The notes under the pieces were generated by a model. That model worked only from the letters and a program-made list of their open reading frames with translations. It searched no databases and had not been told where the DNA came from. The position numbers and the translations under genes are program-made. This document shows positions 18,623 to 28,627 of a stretch of 64,000 nucleotides of DNA, in pieces; within the stretch, counting starts at the first letter, position 1, and each line of letters opens with the position of its first letter. This DNA comes from an uncultured Acidobacteriota bacterium (lineage in GTDB: Bacteria; Actinomycetota; Acidimicrobiia; Spongiisociales; ZC4RG35). The DNA is taken from NCBI GenBank assembly GCA_963828465.1, contig CAWHEU010000018.1, positions 160,001 through 224,000 on the forward strand, written 5' to 3'.

Positions 18623-19018
18623 ATGGCCTTGGCCGATTCCGATCCGGTTTCCCTGATTCGTCCCGATGATCGAGTCGATGGTGACCAAACACCAGGAATG
18701 ATTCGCGAGCAAGCGCTGGTTACTGGCGACATGTGGGCGGGTTTGGTGAGGACCGAGCCGCACATGGTTTCCGGATGGCACCACCACGGCGACCATGAGA
18801 CCTCGATCTACGTGATCTCGGGTGCATTACGAATGGAATCCGGTCCTGAAGGTGAGTCAATAGTCGAAGCCGCTCCAGGCGACTTCCTCTACGTCCCCAA
18901 GGGAGCGGTTCACCGTGAGGCCAACCCCGGGGACGAGGAGAGCCAGATCGTCGTGGTCCGGGTCGGGCACGGGCCCACTGTCATCAATGTGACGACTCCC
19001 GCGAGCCGTCAAGCCTGA
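18623..19018 (+). CDS. cupin domain protein
   Basis: SGWHHHGDHET, PGDFLYVPKGAVHREAN. Confidence 0.85.
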   Translation: MALADSDPVSLIRPDDRVDGDQTPGMIREQALVTGDMWAGLVRTEPHMVSGWHHHGDHETSIYVISGALRMESGPEGESIVEAAPGDFLYVPKGAVHREANPGDEESQIVVVRVGHGPTVINVTTPASRQA

Positions 19019-19719
19019 AATTCCACGTGGCTTGGTGAGAGCGAGCCCGAACGGATGACTGCATTGGGCTGGTACTCCCCGAGAAGGTCGAGCAGATCCT
19101 GAGTGGCTCCCGCAACATCTGCTTCGGCATCGGGATGTTGTCCTTCGACTGTGATCAATACCTCGACTGTGGTGGCACGGGCGGCGCTTTGGTCGCTCTG
19201 TCTCCAACACCACCGACGTGCGCTGACCAATCCCGCCTCGTCGACAAAGACAACTTCACCCGGCTCCGGGTTCGTCGGCAAATCGCTCCCGAGATCCGTG
19301 AATTGCTCCTGTCCTTCGGCGAATCGAACCGTCGTGAAGCCAGTTGCCACCGCTTGATCGAACACTGCGACCGGCATCCGCCATCGGATGCTCACCATGT
19401 TGGCCAGGTCTACCAACGGGTTGATCGCCGGGATATCACCTTGCTTGGTCAGACGTCGGAGAAGCGCCTCGGCTGCGCTGCGGTATTGGGTGGGTTTGAC
19501 TCCAAACCCACTGAAGGTCGCTCGCCATGCCTTCAGGCTGGGGATCTCGGATAGAGGCATATCACCGATCGCGTCCCTCGCCTGCGCCTGCTCCGCCCGA
19601 TAACGCTGGTCGAGTGATGACGGTGAGATCGTGTTCTCGAGTCCACGGGCGTGGATAACGCCACCACGGGTCGCGGGAAATGCGGAGATGACGTCGTCGG
19701 AATAGCGGAACCCGACCAT
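19009..19719 (-). CDS. B3/B4 (PheRS-beta editing-like) domain protein
   Basis: WRATFSGFGVKPTQYRSAAEALLRR, INPLVDLAN, ARRWCWRQS. Confidence 0.85.
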   Translation of the reverse strand: MVGFRYSDDVISAFPATRGGVIHARGLENTISPSSLDQRYRAEQAQARDAIGDMPLSEIPSLKAWRATFSGFGVKPTQYRSAAEALLRRLTKQGDIPAINPLVDLANMVSIRWRMPVAVFDQAVATGFTTVRFAEGQEQFTDLGSDLPTNPEPGEVVFVDEAGLVSARRWCWRQSDQSAARATTVEVLITVEGQHPDAEADVAGATQDLLDLLGEYQPNAVIRSGSLSPSHVEFQA

Positions 19720-19800
19720 TCCCCTCAGTCTGACATCAGCGTCAACGGACCGATTGTTCCAGGGCCCTGTTGATGTCGCCTTCATTGCCGGTCAAGGTGC

Positions 19801-22800
19801 TCAGCCCTGTCTGATCTCCTCCAGCGTCGGGCAGGGATCGATGTGATAGGTGGTGCACTCGGTGTCGGTGAACCCTCGAGTGACTCTTGATCGGGCGATG
19901 CCGAGCAGCTCTTCGGTGTCGCTGGTGACCTTCCGCAGTTCGCCGGTTTCCAGGGCGGTGACCAGCAGGTGCTGGGTGTCGCCCACGAAGTCGACTCCGC
20001 CCACGTCACCGGTCGGTGACACCGGGATTTGATGGAGCAACGACCTGGTGGCGACGTCCCAAACTCGGACGAACCCGTCGACCCCGGCCGAAGCGAGCAG
20101 GCTCCCGTCCTGGTTCAGGGCGAGATCGTTCACCCCTCCCTGGTGTGCAATGGTTATCTGATCGAGGTGCTCCAGGGTGGTCCCGTCCATGAACACGATG
20201 TCCCCCGGTCCGAAACTGGCGTAGAGCGGCGCCGATCAGAGTCTCACCATCTGGGGTGAAGGTGAGATTGTCAAACGGGAACCTCGCCCGTAGTCGGGGT
20301 CAGGTACTGGGCGACCTCGCGCCAATCGTCCGTGGAGAACATCCACAGCTCCGGACCAAAGGAAGCAGCAAGCCGGTCGCCGGTCGGGCTGAAGACTGCA
20401 TTCAGGACCCAGTTGGGGTCGATTGTCGTGCGGCACGGTCGGCGTGGCGATGATCTCGCCGCTCGAGGTGTCCCACACCACCACCGCCGGCGTGTTCTGA
20501 CCACTCATGGCCAGCATCGAGCCGTCGGGCGAGAAGACCAGGTCCCAGGGCCAATCGGGGAACGGGGTGTCGGGGAAGGAGACACAATCATGCCCATCGC
20601 TATCGGGTCCCCACGGGCCGCCATCAACCCATGCGCAGAGCCCGTCCATGAACCGCACAATCTCCCCGCTCGTGAAGTGGCCGGAGGACGATCGGGCCGA
20701 TGCGAGATAGTACCTTGCCTCACCTGTATGAAGGCATGGCCGGTCTGACTGGCCACGAATCGGCCATCAGGGGATAGTGCGCTCCGCCGACCACTCTGGT
20801 CAGTCACGATCGCCCTCATCTCGAGTGTTTCGGCGTCGAGCAGGTACTGCGGCTGCGCCTCAGAGGACAATCGGCGAAGACGGAGGCAATCCCACCGGCA
20901 ACGTCCACGAAACCGCTTTGGATGAAGATCTGGTCGCACAGCTTCACCGCTGGGCCGAGCTCTCCTCCATGGGCAAGATCGAATATAACTGTCTTCTCAT
21001 CTCCGTTGACCGCATATCGCAGTCCATCGTCGCTGGTCGACACCTCGCCGTTGGAGCCGAGACCGGTGCGAAGTACCCGTTCGACCTCGCCGGTCCGTGA
21101 ATCGATCAGGTCGACGGTGGGTCCGTTCACGCTTGCCACGGTGCTCCCATCCGGCGACAGCCGGGAACTTATATAGAAGTCCATTGTCGCCAGCGGCTCC
21201 TCTGGTTGACCGGCGGAGACATCCCAGGTAGCGACCCCTCCGTCTTCGATGTAATCGGTGAGGACGACAGTCCCGTCTGCGCTGATTCCGGCTAGGGATC
21301 CGGGCAACACCGCCACCTCATCTCCCGACGGTCTATCCACGACGCGGCTTGTCGATTCCTCGTCGCTGTCCACGCCTTCGATGAGCAGCCGGCTCCCATC
21401 GGGAGTGGAATGCACGCCCCTGTCTTCTTCAGCCAGCACTTCGATCTCGCCGGTGGCGAGGTCGACAAAGGACATCGAGCCAGCGAGCGTGTCGACGTAC
21501 GTACAGTCTGAGTCGCTGGAGATATCGGCCAACAGATGCGACCCGGCTCCGGGACCGACGACACGCAAGCCTTCGTATCCCAGCCCGCAGGGCTGGATTG
21601 GCAGGTAGTCGATCGGGGCACCCGTCCTGGCGTCGAATCGATGGACTCCCAGCTCCCCGTTCAGTGCCGGATCAATGGATGACTTGTCGGGACCAAACCA
21701 TCCGACGGTCGCCACCACACCGGAGCCATCGGAACTGAAGGCGGTGCCCGCGATCGCTCCCTCGGCGAACTCCCTGCTCCAGAGCCTCTCGCCGGTATCC
21801 ACCTCCACCACCTCGATGTAGTTCCCTCCCCCACTCGTCGCCAAGAGCAATCCGTCCGGGCTGAGCGTGGCAAATGGTTCCAATCCTTCCAGGTTGGTGG
21901 GCAACTGGTAAGTGAGGATCTTTTGATGCGCCAGCCAACGACTCGTGAATGGCGGAGACCGACTCAATGGGAGGGTCAGCGACACCGGCCGCCTGCAGAG
22001 CGAGAAGAACACTGAGCTCGGGGTCCTCGTCTAGAACACTGATAGCGGAGGCAGCAAGTTCTCTCGACGCTGCGATCTCGGCATTGCGAGTGGCACTGAA
22101 TGCAAAGACCCCTGCGATCACCGCGGCGGCTCCAAAACCGGCGGTGATCAGGTTCCGTCTCCCGCGGCGGCGACGCCCGCGCGCGATCCGCCTCTTCACG
22201 ACTAGTGCTGACGAAATCGATCTCGGAGGGGGCCAACGTGAGGTCGGTGGAGCCCGCCCAGGCGTCGAACTGGGCCAGCCGGCCACCTGTGAGAAGGTAT
22301 GCGGCCTCGCGATCACGGTCCTCCCATTCGGCCAGCCCATCTCGCAGACGACCGTGAAGAAGCAGATCCTCACCCGCCTCGTCGAGCCACCCGAGCCAGG
22401 CGCGGCCAGCTGGTCAGTAGCGCCTCATGGGCCACCTCGGCGGTGGGACTGCGGCTGATCGGGTCCCGGTCGAACACGAGCAACCTCGCATCGCCGAAGG
22501 TGGCGAGGACGGTTCCCACCTCTCCCGGATCTCCAAGTGCGTTCAACTCGACGAGTCGAGCCCGTCGTCGGGTGGCCTCCCCGGCTGATCGAACGGTGAC
22601 CAGCCGCAGGAACAACTGCCTGCGCCAGGGCCTGATGTGATGGGTCGAGTCTGGCGAACGCCTCCTCGGCCCTGCCGGCCAACGCGCCGAGAACCCCGCC
22701 GTTCTGCAGATAGACCTGGTGGGTCAGTTCGTGGCCAGTTCGCGCCGCGAACAGCTCGGTGAGGGCATATTGGAGGAGAGGCAGGGTCCCGGGGGAACCT

Positions 22801-25516
22801 GAAACGTCAGCGAGGATCTGCTCGGGGAGACCCGGTTCCCAGGACGCGCCCACTACTTCTGCAGGCCGTTTGATCGCATCGATCAGCTCGTCATCGGTGG
22901 GGACGGTGAGGGGAACGATCCCTTGTTTGAGCAATTCGCCGAAATCCGGGTACTGCAAAGGGCCGGTCGAAGAAATCCGCTCGCAACGTGAGCACGACCC
23001 TCGTATCGGAGCGCTCGTCGTTGGCAAGGTTGACCAGAGGCGGAGAGCAGGCGGTTCCTCGCCACCTCGTCATGGGTGAGAGTGAACAACTCTTCGAATT
23101 GGTCGATAACCAGGAGCAGCCTCGTGTCGGTGGGGAGGATCCGCTTGATGACACGGCCGAGACCACGGTCGTCGTTCTCCAGCTCGTCCATCAGGGCCCC
23201 CGGATCCTCCACCGCCACGCGGTCTCAACGCAGACTCGAGCTCCTCGAGCGGATAGGACCCGGGGAACATGTCGGCGACGACCCAGTTCGTATGCGCCAT
23301 CGAGGGCTCCGGCACGAACCGCCGGGATCAACCCGGCATGGACCAACGACGACTTGCCGGATCCGGACGGTCCGACGACCACGATCAGCTTCAGGTCGGT
23401 CAACAGCCCAACCAACTCGGACACTGCCTCAGAGCGTCCGAAGAAGTCTTCCGTGTCCGCCTCCTGGAACGCGGACAGTCCCTTGTAAGGGTTGCGCAGC
23501 GGCGTCAGGGCCGGCTCTGGCACATCGAGCCCGATGGCACCAGCCACGGCCGAGATGAGCTCGTCGATGGATGGGTAGCGGTCGGCCGGCAGATCGGCAG
23601 TCGCCTGTTCGATCACCTCGCCCAGAGGGCCTTCGGTCCCGAGGATGTCGGCGATGAGACGACCCAAGCCGTAGACATCTGTGGCAGGTGTGAGCGGCCT
23701 CTCCATCCGCACACTCCGGAGCCAGATAGGCCGAATGGGCCTGAGGAGCCCCGGTAAGGCGGACGACAAGGCGGGTGGTGGACAAATAGCCGTTTCCCGA
23801 CGCATCGAGGTTGACAGCACGGGGTGAGATCGCACCATGGACGATGCCCTCCTGATGGGCATAGGAGAGGGCGCTTCCCAGCTGGGTGATGAGGCGGCGT
23901 CCCTGTTCGAGGTCTAGATGGCCGCGGGCGAGCTTGTCGGCCAGAGTGCCGCCTCCAAGCCACATCGTCACCAGATAGGCGCCTCCAGGATCACGCCAGT
24001 GATCGAGCAGCGGCAGCACATGTGGATGCTGCAATCGGCCGATGTGTTGGGTCTCCACTTCGAATCGGCTAACGAACCCGGTCTCCCCGGCCCACGCCGG
24101 GTCGATCACCGTCATCTCCACCTCCCTCCCTGCCGAGGGCTGGTAGGCGCGGTAAGTGGTGCCGGCCAGATCGGAAATGATCGGCTCGCGTAACTCGTAT
24201 CCGGCTACGGCCCGGCGATCGGTGGGCAGAGGAGGCGGATTCGCATCGAGCAGCAGCGGCGGGAACTCGCCGTCATGTCCGGCTAGGACCACCTGGAATA
24301 TCGGTTGTGAAGCCTCAACGCCGTGAACTCGATGCGTGCCGAGCGATCTCACCAAAGACCCGGAAGCCCCCGTTGCCGACAACGCCTGGTTGGCCTCAGC
24401 CGAGAGCAATACCTGGCCCGGATGGGCGGCGGCCACGAGCCCCGCAGCGCGACGAACCGGGGGGCCGGCCACCTCTCCAGAGTCGTGGAGCTCGATGTCG
24501 CCGTAGTCGATCGAGGCCCTCGGCAGGATGCCGGCCTTGCCGACTGTCGGCATCACATCCGCAATGGCGACAACGGCCTCATCCACCTTGGCGAACGACG
24601 CGTAGACCGCCGAGCCACGCTGGCTGGAGCCTTCGCCGCCGTTTCTCTCGATGGTTTCGTCGATGAGAGCCAACGCCTCAGTGATGGCCTGTAGCTCGCT
24701 CTCGGCCATGCGAGCCGAACCATCTGCCCCGGCCACCTCGACCACCAGGACTGCTCGCTGAGTGACGGAGGGTGCCGCGGGGAGGTCGAGGTCCGGGTCC
24801 TGCTCAAGGATCCTCTGCTCGAGATCGGCCAACTCCTTCGATGGGGTGATTCCGATCTCGTCGGCGAGGTAGGAACGGGTCCGCTCGAATCCTCGAAGCG
24901 CCTCGGTCTGGCGTCCGCAGCGATACAAGGCCAGCATGTGCTGGGCTCTGAACTTCTCTCGAAGGGGGTGCTCGACGGTCAATGCCTCGAGCTCCCCGGT
25001 GAGCTCACGATGCCTGCCCAGGGCGAGATCGGCGTCGATGCGGGCTTCCAGAGCGGCAAGCCGAAGCTCGCGGAGACGTGTTATCTCGGGCTCGAGGATG
25101 GCGCGGCTGTCGATGTCGGAATAGGGGTGGCCCCGCCACATGGCCAGGGCGTCTCGGAGTGCCGTTGCCGCCTGTTCCGGATCGGTCTCGACCATCGGGA
25201 GCGCCGATCGAACCTCGTTCTCGAACCTGACGGCGTCGATCGCCTCGGCCTCGACCGTGAGCACGTAGCCGCCGGCCGCCTGTTGGACGATGTCGCCGAG
25301 CTCTCGACGAATCATGGAAACGAGGGTCTGGACCGAGCGACGAGCTCCCTCTGGAGCGTCCTCCCCGTAGACGTCCTCGATGATCCGGTCGACGCTGACC
25401 GGGTGGCCCACCTCGGCAACGAGCAACGCCAGGATGCTGCGTTGCTTGGGACCTCCGATCGACACCGGTTCGCCCTGGTTCCGCACCTCGACGGGACCAA
25501 GGACAAGCAAGTCCAC
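19801..25516 (-). pseudogene. SARP (wHTH+BTAD) / cyclase-like / kinase-like / STAND NTPase / WD40 multidomain regulator, multiply frameshifted
   Basis: VLGPVEV..GGPKQRSILALL, HPLRE..MLALYRCGRQTEAL; NPYKGLSAFQEAD..FFGR, GPSGSGKSS, IDQFEELF, LPLLQYALTELF, AHEALL..WPRL; WD-like repeats; C-term RGFTDTECTTYHIDPCP. Spread over many frames. Confidence 0.8.
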
Positions 25517-25600
25517 CCCCGAACGATACGCCAGAGGTTCAAGACCCGAGCGTTCAAACCAGTCGACGAATCCGTCACAACCAAACCCTCGTTCCAGCGT

Positions 25601-25692
25601 GTCAAAGACCAGTCAAAGACATCAGATGACACGGCTTTGACATGGCGTGGCCGTTTCAAGGCACGTTCTTGACCTCGCCATCCGAAGGTCGG
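25601..25692 (+). promoter_or_regulatory. periodic (about 10-11 bp) NNGAC direct repeats, candidate SARP operator
   Basis: AAGAC 25605 and 25616, ATGAC 25626, TTGAC 25637 and 25669. Confidence 0.5.
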
Positions 25693-25745
25693 GGAAGGTC
25701 TCACCGAACGCCGGTGGGGCCAGCCGACGAAAGGAAGGCGAGCAG

Positions 25746-25988
25746 ATGAGAAAGGTGATAGCAGCGACGGCCCTGGCAGCACTTCTGGCCCTACCCAGCT
25801 TGGCCCAAGCCAAGTATGAGGAAGGCGGAGGCGGCGGGAGCCCGAGCGGCGCCAGTGCCTGTGCCGACCAGGTCCTCGACATGGAGTTGTCGGCCAATGA
25901 GCTGTCGGCCAACGAGCGGATCATGGCCGATACCTGGAAGGGTCACCTCCCCTCCCGCAAGGCAGCGGCGTTGGAAGGCACCGATTGA
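25746..25988 (+). CDS. small secreted protein
   Basis: AAAGGAAGG RBS; signal peptide MRKVIAATALAALLALPSLAQA. Confidence 0.65.
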   Translation: MRKVIAATALAALLALPSLAQAKYEEGGGGGSPSGASACADQVLDMELSANELSANERIMADTWKGHLPSRKAAALEGTD

Positions 25989-26003
25989 AAGACCACAAAG
26001 CAT

Positions 26004-26036
26004 GGATCGGCCCGGATGGTGCCGCCGGGCCGATCC
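26004..26036. terminator. GC-rich hairpin, probable terminator
   Basis: ggatcggcccgg ... ccgggccgatcc, perfect 12-bp stem. Confidence 0.55.
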
Positions 26037-26103
26037 AGTGCTAACTCAAGGCAGCGACTGCCTCTTCGTACTTCTGCTCCCACCGATGGACATCCGCGTC
26101 CTC
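26004..26103. repeat. diverged duplicate of 27080-27179 (3' end of the SRPBCC gene plus downstream hairpin)
   Basis: Manual alignment gives about 13 mismatches in 100 nt; encodes EDADVHRWEQKYEEAVAALS* on the minus strand. Confidence 0.85.
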
Positions 26104-26107
26104 CCTC

Positions 26108-26163
26108 TTGACGCGGATGAAGCCTCCCTTTGACACCCTTTTGACCCCGCCGTCCGAAAGTCG
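26108..26163 (+). promoter_or_regulatory. second copy of the periodic TTGAC promoter motif
   Basis: TTGAC at 26108, 26130, 26141; ttgaccccgccgtccgaaagtcg matches ttgacctcgccatccgaaggtcg at 25669. Confidence 0.55.
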
Positions 26164-26212
26164 TCAGACAGCCCGACCAGATAGGCCGGGAGTTGGACGA
26201 AGGGAACTCACG

Positions 26213-27027
26213 ATGAGTCGGAGACGGATCGCAACAATGATCCTGACGGGGTTCACACATGTCGATCCAGACCAGGTTCAGTCGGTCATGTCAGGGGAAA
26301 CGTCATGTCGAACACGGCGCATCGTCCGCTACGTGGCCATCGCTGCCATCGCGATGATCTCACTCGCAGCATGTTCCTCGGGTGCCTCCGACAACCCCAC
26401 GGTGGCTGACACCAGTGAGCCGACCCTGTCGACAACAGTGCCCCCCACCACGACCGAAGCAACGGCCACTGTCGGACCCGGAACCGGCACCGGTTACTTC
26501 GCCGGCTCAGCCCCGGAGGTGCCCGTCACATTCACCATGCCGGCCGGCTGGGAATCGGACGGCCCATTTGTCTCCAAGTCCGACGCCGACCCGGTCTTCG
26601 GGTTGGTGTTCATGAATGTCAGCAACCTGTACACCGATGGTTGTCAATGGGAGCTGGTCGACCCCCCGCCCGGTCCGACCGTTGACGACCTCGCCTCGGT
26701 GTATGCGAATTTGCCGGAGCTCGGAGCCACCCCGCGCGCGATGTCACCGTCGACGGGTTCGAAGGGAAGGAGATCCAGATGACAATTCCCGACTACAACG
26801 AGAACGAATGCAAAGAGGGCAGGTTTGGAATATTTCAGATACACGGTAATGCCGCGGGCGATGTCGCTCCGAACCTCTGGGCACAGGCCCCCCAGCAGCA
26901 GAACAAACTGTGGATCCTCGACGTGGACGGCACCCGGCTCGTGATCCTCGCGGGGTACCCCCCGAACATCTCGGCGCAGGACCGGACCGACCTCGACGGG
27001 ATCCTCAACACGATTCAAATCGGGTAA
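26213..27027 (+). CDS. putative lipoprotein; frameshift near 26735
   Basis: Lipobox LAAC, Thr-rich linker; continues in another frame as DVTVDGFEGKEIQMTIPD..WILDVDGTRLVI. Confidence 0.65.
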
Positions 27028-27116
27028 ACCTCCGGTTGGCCAGGGCGATACCTTCGCATAGACCTTGGAGGGTCTCATAGGGTCGGTTCGGATGGTGCCG
27101 CCGGAGCAATCCAGCG

Positions 27117-27641
27117 CTAACTCAAGGCAGCTACGGCATCTTCGTACTTCTTCTCCCACCGATGGACATCGGCATCCTCCAACGGACCGACAGTTCCGGT
27201 ATCGAGGAGCTCGATCAGTTGGTCAAGGCAGACGTGGTACCCGGCGGCGGCGTCCTTGGCAATGTCGACGTCCTTGCCCAGCCACGTTGTCAAGGTCAGC
27301 AGGGTCCCGTCAGCAACAGCTTCCAGTTCCCACCGCAGCACGTCGGTATCCCAGGTCCACTCGAACACCCGGTATGGGTCCCACACCAGGATCTTTCCAT
27401 AGAGAACCGGTTCCTCGATCGAGTACCGCTCGATCTGCGCCGGCCAGAAGGGCAGTTCGATGTCCGCCCCCTCCTTCCGCTCACCAACGATGTCACAGGG
27501 CATCCAGTGTCTGAGCTGCTCCGACTCGGTCAGCGCAGCCCAGACCTTCTCCGGCGGATGGCGGAGCATTCGCTCGTATCGGAGACCCCATCGCCCGCCA
27601 TCGCGGAGAACGGTCCCCATCGGTTGGTCTCTTATGCTCAT
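27117..27641 (-). CDS. SRPBCC/AHSA1-like domain protein
   Basis: LRYERMLRHPPEKVWAALT, AAGYHVCLDQL. Confidence 0.88.
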   Translation of the reverse strand: MSIRDQPMGTVLRDGGRWGLRYERMLRHPPEKVWAALTESEQLRHWMPCDIVGERKEGADIELPFWPAQIERYSIEEPVLYGKILVWDPYRVFEWTWDTDVLRWELEAVADGTLLTLTTWLGKDVDIAKDAAAGYHVCLDQLIELLDTGTVGPLEDADVHRWEKKYEDAVAALS

Positions 27642-27955
27642 ATGACCTCCATCTCATCGAGACGACGCTCGAGGGCATCTAGCCGCTCCGTCCAGACCCG
27701 TCGGTAAGGATCGAGCCAGGCATCCAGCTCGACCAGAGGCTCGAAGCGGGCTCGGTACATGCGTCGTTGGGCGTCGGGCCGGACCGAAACCAGGCCCGCA
27801 GTTCTGAGCACCCTCAAGTGCTTCGAGACACCCGGTTGTGAAATGCCCAGGGCGCGGACCACGTCACCAACCGGCCGCTCCTCCTCGAGGAGATACTGGA
27901 GAATCCGACGACGATTGTGATCCGCCAGCACCTCAAACGTGTTCACACGGGGCAT
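27638..27955 (-). CDS. ArsR/SmtB family regulator
   Basis: FEVLADHNRRRIL, ISQPGVSKHLRVLR, DAQRRMY; coupled to the SRPBCC gene. Confidence 0.9.
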   Translation of the reverse strand: MPRVNTFEVLADHNRRRILQYLLEEERPVGDVVRALGISQPGVSKHLRVLRTAGLVSVRPDAQRRMYRARFEPLVELDAWLDPYRRVWTERLDALERRLDEMEVI

Positions 27956-27968
27956 AGTAGCATAGCCA

Positions 27969-27978
27969 GTTATATAAC
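27969..27978. promoter_or_regulatory. AT-rich palindrome, candidate ArsR autoregulatory operator
   Basis: Perfect palindrome GTTATATAAC just upstream of the arsR-like start. Confidence 0.4.
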
Positions 27979-28120
27979 CGAACACGTATCTACCACTCAA
28001 TTCCCCGAAACTCAACACAGCCCCCCACAACTCCACCTACCCACACCCCAATTCCTCCTCACCAAAGACAGTGAAGCGAGCCCTCGGTGGTCTCGGACCG
28101 GGAGTCGGTAGCCTCGCCCG

Positions 28121-28627
28121 GTGCACCTGGCTCAGCTGAATGTCGGCCGTCTTGTCGACGATCCAGACTCCCCCGCCGTCGCCGAGTTCATACAGGCCCT
28201 CCCCGCCATCAACCTGCTCGGTGAGTCGAGCCCCGGATTCATCTGGCGGCTGCAAGATGACGAAGGGCCGGGAGCCCTCGAGCAGCGGTTCCCGGGGCAC
28301 GAAAATGACGATCGTTTCATCGTGAATCTGACCATCTGGACCGATTACGAATCCTTGCGTCATTTCGCAACCCGGTCCGGTCACGGCATGTATCTGAGAC
28401 GGAGGCTGGAGTGGTTCGAGAAGGCCTCCGAGCCAACAACCGTGCTGTGGTGGGTCGAGGAGGGCCACATCCCCGACCTGGAGGAGGCGGCCGACCGGCT
28501 GGCACATCTCCGTCGGCATGGGCCATCGCCTACCGCCTTCGACATGAAGACCACCTACCCGCCTCCCAATGAGGCGAACAGATCGGGATTGATCCACGAT
28601 GAACCCCGTCTAACGGAAGTCCCGTGA
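28121..28627 (+). CDS. DUF3291 domain protein
   Basis: HLAQLNVGR, SPGFIWRLQ, VLWWV..GHIP, HGPSPTAF. Confidence 0.85.
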   Translation: MHLAQLNVGRLVDDPDSPAVAEFIQALPAINLLGESSPGFIWRLQDDEGPGALEQRFPGHENDDRFIVNLTIWTDYESLRHFATRSGHGMYLRRRLEWFEKASEPTTVLWWVEEGHIPDLEEAADRLAHLRRHGPSPTAFDMKTTYPPPNEANRSGLIHDEPRLTEVP

